A DNA stretch of 64,000 bases from Emiliania huxleyi CCMP1516 (taxonomy: Eukaryota): NCBI RefSeq assembly GCF_000372725.1, contig NW_005201613.1, positions 92,290-156,289 of the forward strand, given 5' to 3'. Below, piece after piece: positions 1-8,900 of the stretch. The notes under the pieces were generated by a model that saw only the letters and a program-made list of their open reading frames with translations, was not told the DNA's origin and searched no databases. How positions within the stretch are numbered: the stretch's first letter is position 1; every line of letters begins with the position of its first letter. The position numbers and the translations under genes were made by a program.

Positions 1-960
1 CTGTGAACGCACCTCTACGTGGCGGGCCGCGCAGGCCCGGCAGCAGGGCACCCCCGCGCGGATGCCGACGAGGATCACGGTGCGCTACCCGAACGAAGGT
101 GGACTGCTGACAGGGTTTGCGGTGACCGGTGTCAGTTAGATTTGGGGCCCAAACCAGCCTCAGACTCGGCTCAGAGCCCGGGAAACTAGAGGGTGCTCTG
201 GGTACTAGGGAAACTAGCAGGAAACCCTTGGACAGGCCAAGTAGGCGCGGGCGCCGCGCTCCTCGCGACCAACCTCCTGCCGACGCCGCTCGCGGCTTTG
301 CGCTCGGACGCCATCGTGCACGAGACGGAGACGGCCGACACGATCATGAGAGGAGTGCTGCTTGAGCACTTGAGCACTGGATAGGGTCGATTCCGCATGG
401 TACGGGACCCCTCGATCGTCTCGCCCTCCCTCACTGTGGTGTGTTCATTGGGGGGGGGTCATAACAAACACGGTACAGGATCGAGGTGCACGCTGCAGAG
501 AAGCAGTGTCGTCCCCCCTCTCCCCGACGGCGATGGCGGTGTGACCGATCGAGCTACAAGAGGAACTTGTTCAGCAGGATCCGGAGTGGTCAGATGCACT
601 ACCTCACTGGGCATGAGACCACCGTACGACGCATCCATCACCGTCTCGGATTTGTGTGGATGGAGTCGAACCACTCCGGGATGGGTGGGGCAAGCCCATC
701 GATTTGAGTTGTGCTTTCCTCGCCTGCAAGAGACAGTGGGGGGGTGCAGTCCTCGCTCTTGGCATGGTCGGGGGGTCTCAACCGTCAACCAGATGGTTGA
801 GGGGGGGGCGACAACCGCCCGCGGCACCACCGAGGTAGGTAGGTAGGTAGTAAGGTGAAGAACAGCCAGGCTCGGACTGGACACCAACGCGGTATGGGTG
901 GACGCTAGACAGATCCGAGGACCGAACCCTATCGAGGTCTCGCCAGAGTTGCGTTCGCCA

Positions 961-1713
961 ATGCCGTGGCCCTTCCGCCGACCTCCGCCTCCTCCTCCGC
1001 CCGCCGACCCGGCGGTGGAGATCGCCCCGGTGCTGGTGGCGATTCTCTGCTGCTGGTGCATCCCGCTGCTCCTCTACCTCGCCGCGGCGGCGCGCCGGGG
1101 CCTGGCGAGGGCGCTCGTGGTTGAGGCTCTAGGGAGCTTTGCCTTCAAGCTCTTCGTCCACGCCGCCATCGTGGGTTCGGCGTGGTGCGCGCTCGGAGGC
1201 GATGCGACCGCGGCCGTGGTGCAGGCCACCGTCTGGCTGCTCATCGTCCTCCTCGCCTTTCCGTCGGGGGCGTTTCTCAACTCGGCAATCACCCTCGCGG
1301 CATGCGCCGCCGGCAAGCTCGCGCAGTCCGACGCCGTGCTCTACATCGGCGCCCAGTTCGCTGGCTCTGCCGTCGCCGTCGAGGCTATTCGCGCGCTGGC
1401 TCCGCTGGACCTGCACGGCGCCATCGGCCCTCCGCCGCCCGCCGAAGGCAGCTACTCGTCTGCGATACTGCACGAAGCGCTGTTCGCTGGCGCCAACTGC
1501 CTCCTGGCGCTCAACAGCAGCGCCTTAGGCACGGGCACGCCGCTCAAGGTTGCCACAATCGTCATTCTCCTCATTCGGATCGGAGGCGCATGCATGGACC
1601 CATCCGCCGCCTTTGCGGGCGCCCTGTTTGCCGGGCGCTACACCGACCTCGTCGAGGTGTATTGCGTTGGCGCGGCTCTGGGCGCCATCGCCGCAGGAAC
1701 CTTGTCGAGGTGA
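961..1713 (+). CDS. Major intrinsic protein (aquaporin-like) with non-canonical NPA motifs
   Basis: Intronless ORF (ATG 961) with several hydrophobic helices. MIP loop signatures SGAFLNSAITLA and GGACMDPSAAFAG; ends in VYCVGAALGAIAAG, typical of MIP helix 6. Confidence 0.8.
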   Translation: MPWPFRRPPPPPPPADPAVEIAPVLVAILCCWCIPLLLYLAAAARRGLARALVVEALGSFAFKLFVHAAIVGSAWCALGGDATAAVVQATVWLLIVLLAFPSGAFLNSAITLAACAAGKLAQSDAVLYIGAQFAGSAVAVEAIRALAPLDLHGAIGPPPPAEGSYSSAILHEALFAGANCLLALNSSALGTGTPLKVATIVILLIRIGGACMDPSAAFAGALFAGRYTDLVEVYCVGAALGAIAAGTLSR

Positions 1714-2110
1714 GGACCGTGGCTGCTCGACCAGGGCGGCCGGGCGCGCCTCTCGGCCGACGCGTCACCCACCTTTTCTCCATACTCTATTAATTCATAA
1801 TTGCCGCGCACGGCTGGAGGCCTGGACGTGGACCCGGTCGGGACGGCTGGCGCGTCGCCTTGTCCGTCTCGCGGAGCCGCGGTCTGTGCCTCGGTCTCGC
1901 GGATTAAGGGGTGTGTGTGTGGGCTGTCTCGCGTGCAGTCCGAGTCGCGAGTCTCTGCGAGTCTGCCGTGTGCCGAGCGGATATACGGCTCTCCGCGAAA
2001 CTGGATACATTTTGCATATGCGAACCGAAAACTGTGCCGTGCGCGCGCGCGTCGCGGGCGACCCGCTAAACGCGCGCGCAACGGACGGCGTCCCGCTCCC
2101 GGCTCCTGCG

Positions 2111-2185
2111 GCTGAGCGACTCAGCGAGCGGGGCACCGGCATGCAAACCTGCTGAGCGACTCAGCGAGCGGCACCGGCATGCAAA
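2111..2185. repeat. Short tandem duplication (~37 bp x2)
   Basis: gctgagcgactcagcgagcgg(gg)caccggcatgcaaa at 2111-2147 and 2151-2185. Confidence 0.85.
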
Positions 2186-2479
2186 GGGAAAGTGTACAAT
2201 GAGGAGCGGGTTCCATTGCCGGCACCCCCCCAACCAACATTCGACGCGGGCGGCCCAGCGACGAGAGCCGGCTAGGTAATATGGGTTGTGGCCATGCGAA
2301 TATGGGTTGTGTGGCCATGCGCGCGCCCCCGGCCGTCGCCGCCTCAGAGGCTAGCAACGGCGCGGGGGCGGGGCGGGGGGTTGAGCAGTCATGACTAGTG
2401 GACGCGCCGCCAGCAAGCGTCGAGCGGCTCGACATGCCGGGGCGCGTGTGGATGGCAAGTGTACAAGGGGTCCTCCCCT

Positions 2480-3143
2480 CTAAGCGCGGCCGACGCCAAT
2501 AGGCATTGACGCATAGCGCGAGAAGTCGACGGGGACCTCGACCACGGTGGGGCGGGCGGCGGGGTGCAGCGAGGAGGGGCGGGCGGCCCAACCCTCCTCG
2601 AGCTGCGCCTCGCGCTGCAGCAGGTCCATCGTCGCGGCCAGGTTGGCGATCGGCAGCGCCGCGCATCCGGGCAGCGCCGGCGCGGGCGGCGGGTGGCACG
2701 CGCTGAGCGGCCTGGACAGCTGGCCGACGAGGACATCGAGAAGCGCGGGCACCGGGCGGCCTGCGACCTCGTACGCGCGCTTGGCCGCCGCCAGATGTTG
2801 CGGCGCGAACGTTGTCAGCTTGACGTGCGCGAGCGCCAACGTCTTCCGCAACGTCCGGAGATCGGTGAGCTCGACGTACTGCATCGCGTGGAGGATCCGT
2901 TCGATGCTCAGGATGGCCTCGACCGCTTCGGCAAGCGTCTGCGTGCCCGGCTGCGAGTCCGAAGGCGTGCCGCCGCTACGCCCCCCCTCCTCCTCCTCCG
3001 CGACCGACTCGAGCTCGTCGAAGAAGTACTCCATGGAGTACTCCGCCGGCGAGTTCTCGAAGAGGTCGTCCATCGTCGAGCGCGGACTCCCCCCGCGGGG
3101 GCCCTCCTTCTCCCCCCAGCCCGCAAAGGCGGTACCCTGCATC
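2480..3143 (-). CDS. Hypothetical protein
   Basis: ~220-aa ORF with protein-like composition (acidic N-terminus, amphipathic helices). No family recognised; start uncertain. Confidence 0.45.
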
Positions 3144-3347
3144 ATAGCAGAGCACAACTGCTCAGGACAGAGTTATTTTTCTCAGCGTGTGAATGTAAGA
3201 AAAACGAAGTTGTTTTAGTTTTGCTTGGGCGGACCTCATGCCGGGGTAGGTAGGGTAGGTCTTGGCCCTCCCGTCGGGTTTTCCCCTCTCTTCACGCTGG
3301 AATTTTCACAGCAGAAAAAGAAAATTTCCGCGGAAATCACGATGTCA

Positions 3348-4229
3348 TGTTGATGGACTTGACGTGGTTCCACCAAGCGTTACCTGCGGATGGTGCGCCG
3401 TAGAGGTTGCCGACCTCGCACACCATGTCCTTCTCCTCGCCGGTGATGGGATCGATGTAGCAGTACTCGGGCTTGCCCTTGAGCCCCTTCGGCATCTCGC
3501 AGTACCAGGTCTCGCCCTCCCCGCGCTCCGCCCAGGTGTACGCCATGGGCTGGTCGCACGTGATGAGTTCCATGTCCTCCTGCGCGGCCACGTTGAGCAC
3601 GGTGCGGGTCGTGCCGTAGCGGACCACGCTCGCGAAGGTCTTGGTGAAGTCGACGCCGGGCCGCATCAGGTTGCCCATGACACAGCCGCGCCACTTGCAC
3701 CGGCCGTCGGACTTCCGGGAGGCGATCTCCTTCAGCGGGAGGACGCGCACCTTGGCGGGGCGGCGCATGGGCTTGAGCGTGCCGTTCTGGATGAGGCCGA
3801 GGAACTCGGTGTCATACGCCTTGTACCACGCGTCGCGCAGCTTGGGGTCGCGGATGTTGGCGATGTCCTTGTAGTGCTTGGGGCGAGTACAACAACATGC
3901 TCAACGCCCGCCTCGCCGCCAATGCCACGCCCTTCGGTATCTGGGCGGCTGCGGCGGCCGCATCCCCATCGTCGTCGGTCTACCGCAACACCACGGATCA
4001 GTGCGTCGCGTACATGTCGAGCGTGGACGGCCAGATCATGCCCATGCCGGACATGGCGCCGACGGATGCGCCGAGCGGCATCAGGTGGATGTTGAAGTCC
4101 TCCCCGAAGTAGATGGTCTGCCCGGAGGGGTAGTTGAGGCGTGGTGGGCAGAGGTCGAAGCGGACCACGATGTTCTGCGCCTTGCACTCCTTGACGCTGA
4201 CGAGAGGCATGGCGAGTCCGGGCGCGTAC
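3348..4229 (-). mobile_element. Scrambled internal fragments of the copia element
   Basis: 3348-3880 matches ~7050-7584 (RT); 3881-4053 is an inverted copy of ~7594-7765; 4054-4229 matches 9024-9199. Confidence 0.9.
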
Positions 4230-4514
4230 TGTGAAGGTCTTCAGTGACCACTCACAAGCTGTTCCAAGGCCCGACAGAAATGTACTGTCAAAACTTTGTT
4301 CAAACAAAAGTCCTGGCCCGCGGCCCCCACACCCACAATGACTATCAATCCAGGCTGCGGGTGAAGGGCAAAACCGCGCCGCTGCAGAACGGTTTTTGCA
4401 AAACCGCGCCGCAGCGGTACGAAACTGCGCAGATGCAGTCCAGGGGTGGTAAGGACACTATGTGTGTGTGTGTGGCCGTAGACTAGACGGCAGCGCGGTC
4501 GTCGGTCTTCAACA
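4230..4514 (-). repeat. 3' LTR (285 bp) of the older host copia copy
   Basis: TG...CA termini, PPT adjacent at 4515-4527. Differs from the two inner LTRs at aaagtcctgg vs aaagtactgg and cggcagcg vs cggctgcg. Confidence 0.95.
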
Positions 4515-5489
4515 GCCCCCCATCCTCGCATCGGGTAGCGAGGCTGAGGATCTGAAGAAGCTAGACGACTCCTACATCTCCTACTATCGCGCGCACAATT
4601 GCGCAGCCTCCTCGAGGGTGGAGGACGAACATACAGGTGGCTCGGGGAGCTCCAGGAGCGCCCATACTGCCGGTTGTCGACTACATTTGATGAAGGGGAA
4701 GTCGGCGTTTCCCCTCTGTGCCGTCCTAGGCGGTGTCGTTCATGATCTCCTTGCGGAACGACTCGAACTCCTTGCGCGGGAGCGGCTTGGTGAAGAAGTC
4801 GGCGAAGTTCTTGAGGCTCTCGACGTACTCGACCTTGACCTCCCCGGACTCGACGAGCTCGCGAATCTTGAGCTCCTTGCGCAGGATGTGCTTCGTCTTG
4901 TCGTGCATGACCGGGTCCTCGGCGACGCGCAGCGCGGCCGTGTTGTCGATCTTGATGATGGTCGGGCCCTTGGGCTTGTAGCCGAGCGACGCGAGGAGCG
5001 AGCGCAGGTGGACCGCCTCGCAAGCCGCCAGCGTGCCGGCAGAGATCTCGGCCTCGAATGTCGAGAGGGAGATGTGACCCTGCTTCTTGGAGAAGTACGA
5101 GACGATCGCGGTGCCGATCTTGAAGGCGCAGCCGGAGGTGCTCTGGCGGGTGCACCAGTTCGCGTCGGAGCAGCCGAAGAGCTTGGGGTCGGCGACGCGC
5201 TCGTAGTGGAGGCCGAGGTCCTGCGTGCCGATGAGGTAGATGAGGCAGCGCTCGGCGGCGGCCTCGATGTTCGCGTCGGGCCAAGCCATGCAGCGCGCCA
5301 GCTGCGAGACGGTGTACTGGATGTCGGGGCGCGCGTTGGTGGCGAACATGAGGCTGCCGATGAGGCACTGGCAGCGCTGGAGGAGCTGCGGGTCGGGCGC
5401 GGTCTTCTTCTCGGCTGCGCTGATGACGATGGACGGGAGGTCCTTGTCCGCGGGCACCTTGTAGCCCGCGTGCGTGACGCCTGACGGGA

Positions 5490-5774
5490 TGTGAAGGTCT
5501 TCAGTGACCACTCACAAGCTGTTCCAAGGCCCGACAGAAATGTACTGTCAAAACTTTGTTCAAACAAAAGTACTGGCCCGCGGCCCCCACACCCACAATG
5601 ACTATCAATCCAGGCTGCGGGTGAAGGGCAAAACCGCGCCGCTGCAGAACGGTTTTTGCAAAACCGCGCCGCAGCGGTACGAAACTGCGCAGATGCAGTC
5701 CAGGGGTGGTAAGGACACTATGTGTGTGTGTGTGGCCGTAGACTAGACGGCTGCGCGGTCGTCGGTCTTCAACA
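5490..5774 (-). repeat. 3' LTR of intact copia element
   Basis: Minus strand reads TGTTGAAGAC...GACCTTCACA; 285 bp. Confidence 0.97.
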
Positions 5775-5787
5775 GCCCCCCATCCTC
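5775..5787 (-). promoter_or_regulatory. Polypurine tract
   Basis: Minus strand GAGGATGGGGGGC immediately before the 3' LTR. Confidence 0.85.
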
Positions 5788-5985
5788 GCATCGGGTAGCG
5801 AGGCTGAGGATCTGAAGAAGCTAGACGACTCCTACATCTCCTACTATCGCGCGCACAATTGCGCAGCCTCCTCAAGGGTGGAGGACGAACATACAAGTGA
5901 CTCGGGGAGCTCCAGGAGCGCCCATACTGCCGGTTGTCGACTACATTTGATGAAGGGGAAGTCGGCGTTTCCCCTCTGTGCCGTC

Positions 5986-8900
5986 CTAGGCGGTGTCGTT
6001 CATGATCTCCTTGCGGAACGACTCGAACTCCTTGCGCGGGAGCGGCTTGGTGAAGAAGTCGGCGAAGTTCTTGAGGCTCTCGACGTACTCGACCTTGACC
6101 TCCCCGGACTCGACGAGCTCGCGAATCTTGAGCTCCTTGCGCAGGATGTGCTTCGTCTTGTCGTGCATGACCGGGTCCTCGGCGACGCGCAGCGCGGCCG
6201 TGTTGTCGATCTTGATGATGGTCGGGCCCTTGGGCTTGTAGCCGAGCGACGCGAGGAGCGAGCGCAGGTGGACCGCCTCGCAAGCCGCCAGCGTGCCGGC
6301 AGAGATCTCGGCCTCGAATGTCGAGAGGGAGATGTGACCCTGCTTCTTGGAGAAGTACGAGATGATCGCGGTGCCGATCTTGAAGGCGCAGCCGGAGGTG
6401 CTCTGGCGGGTGCACCAGTTCGCGTCGGAGCAGCCGAAGAGCTTGGGGTCGGCGACGCGCTCGTAGTGGAGGCCGAGGTCCTGCGTGCCGATGAGGTAGA
6501 TGAGGCAGCGCTCGGCGGCGGCCTCGATGTTCGCGTCGGGCCAAGCCATGCAGCGCGCCAGCTGCGAGACGGTGTACTGGATGTCGGGGCGCGCGTTGGT
6601 GGCGAACATGAGGCTGCCGATGAGGCACTGGCAGCGCTGGAGGAGCTGCGGGTCGGGCGCGGTCTTCTTCTCGGCTGCGCTGATGACGATGGACGGGAGG
6701 TCCTTGTCCGCGGGCACCTTGTAGCCCGCGTGCGTGACGCCTGACGGGAAGAAGCGCGCGCGCAGCGTGTCGATGTACTTGCTGGCAGACAGCTTGAAAC
6801 CGGTCTGCGTCTTGGTGATGTTGAGCCCGAGGAACTCGTGCACCTTTCCCTCGTGGACCTTGAGCGGCTTGCCGACGTGCTTGTTGAAGTGCTCGATGTA
6901 CTCGTGCGCGAGCGCCCTGCCAGCGGTGGTCCCGGAGTGGAAGATGCCGAAGTCGTCCACGTAGATGACGACGATGAGTTTCGTGCTGTTGCGGGTGAGG
7001 ACGAAGCAGCTCGGGTCCGCCTCGGACTGAACGAGCCCAGGAAACGCCTTGTTGATGGACTTGACGTGGTTCCACCAAGCGTTACCTGCGGATGGTGCGC
7101 CGTAGAGGTTGCCGACCTCGCACACCATGTCCTTCTCCTCGCCGGTGATGGGGTCGATGTAGCAGTACTCGGGCTTGCCCTTGAGCCCCTTCGGCATCTC
7201 GCAGTACCAGGTCTCGCCCTCCCCGCGCTCCGCCCAGGTGTACGCCATGGGCTGGTCGCACGTGATGAGTTCCATGTCCTCCTGCGCGGCCACGTTGAGC
7301 ACGGTGCGGGTCGTGCCGTAGCGGACGACGCTCGCGAAGGTCTTGGTGAAGTCGACGCCGGGCCGCATCAGGTTGCCCATGACACAGCCGCGCCACTTGC
7401 ACCGGCCGTCGGACTTCCGGGAGGCGATCTCCTTCAGCGGGAGGACGCGCACCTTGGCGGGGCGGCGCATGGGCTTGAGCGTGCCGTTCTGGATGAGGCC
7501 GAGGAACTCGGTGTCATACGCCTTGTACCACGCGTCGCGCAGCTTGGGGTCGCGGATGTTGGCGATGTCCTTGTAGTGCTTGGGCACGATGTTGTCCGGC
7601 ATGGGCATGACCTGGCCGTCCACGCTCGACATGTATGCGACGCACTGGTCCGTGGTGTTGCGGTAGACCGACGACGATGGGGATGCGGCCGCCGCAGCCG
7701 CCCAGATGCCGAAGGGCGTGGCATTGGCGGCGAGGCGGGCGTTGAGCATGTTGTTGTACTCGCCCGTCGAGACGCCGCCGCGGCTGCGGGTGGTGCGCGG
7801 CGCAGGCGCACCCGCTGCGGGCGGGTTGACGTTGCCGTCGTTGGCCGGGTCTGGCATGATCACCACCTCCTCGTCGAGGGTCAGCCCCCCGGCGTGGTTG
7901 TCGGTGGTGGGGAGGAAGACGGAGTCGCCGCGGGTCACGTTGTTGTCGAGCGTAGCCTTGTCCGACTCGTCGGGCGTCTCGTCCGCGGTCACAGGCTCCG
8001 GCCACGCGCCCTCGATGTCCGTCGGGGTGAGGTCGGAGGTAGGAGCACGGTACTCGATGCCGTTCCAGAGCTCGTTGACGCAGAAGGTCGCCTGCGTGGT
8101 GGTGCCGATGTGCCCCTTGCGCGGACCCTCGGTGATGACGTACTTCCAGCCGGGCGAAGTGCGCGAGATGCCGAGGAAGGCCGCCATCTCGCCCGTGGGT
8201 GAGACACCGTTCGCCACAAGGTGAGGGGGCGACTTGACGATCATCTTGCACGCCCACGGGTAGAACATGTTCATCTTGGGGCGCTGCCCGGTCTTGAGCT
8301 CGTACGCTGACTTGCCGGTGTCGCGCACGGCGAAGGTGGCGTTGGCGATGGTGGCCGCGTACACCCAGGCGTAGCCCCAGTACTGGTAGAGCTGGGCGGC
8401 GCCATGCCCCCCTGCGCGTGCCATCATCTCCCGCACGATCCTGCCGCAGGTAGCGTTCGCACGCTCGCACGCCCCATTCTGCCACGGCTCGTAGGGGCAG
8501 CTGTTGCGGAGGGTGATGCCGTACTTGAGGCAGAGCTCGCGCACGGCGCTGGAGTTGAGGACGACCTCGTTGTCGCAGAACGCAACTCCTCCGCGGAACG
8601 TGTGGCCGTCCTTTCCCTCGTTCTCGGCGAAGTACTTGCGCAGGTAGGCAGGCGTCTGGCCCTTGGTCTGCAGGATGTACGGCGTGATGGTGCTGGTGTG
8701 CTCGTCGACGACCATGAGTGCGTAGCAGTGCCCATCGACGCCTACCACACCCTTGGGCGACCAGAGGTCGTAGTGCGACGAGCCCCCGAAGCGAGTGGCC
8801 AGTGGCCGGCCGGTGCTGCGCCGCGCGTGGTACTTGGCGTTCGCCTGCAGCGCGGCGTCGTCGAGGCCCTCGTTGCGGTCCATCTTGGAGAGGTCTGGCA

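Noticed and set aside
4244..4486. 80-aa ORF repeated in every LTR
   Set aside because: GTG start, antisense within the LTR, no motif; it recurs only because the LTR is repeated.
4230..6749. 1260-bp apparent tandem duplication as an assembly artefact
   Set aside because: Explained by nesting: the TSD CGGGA and several SNPs distinguish the two copies.
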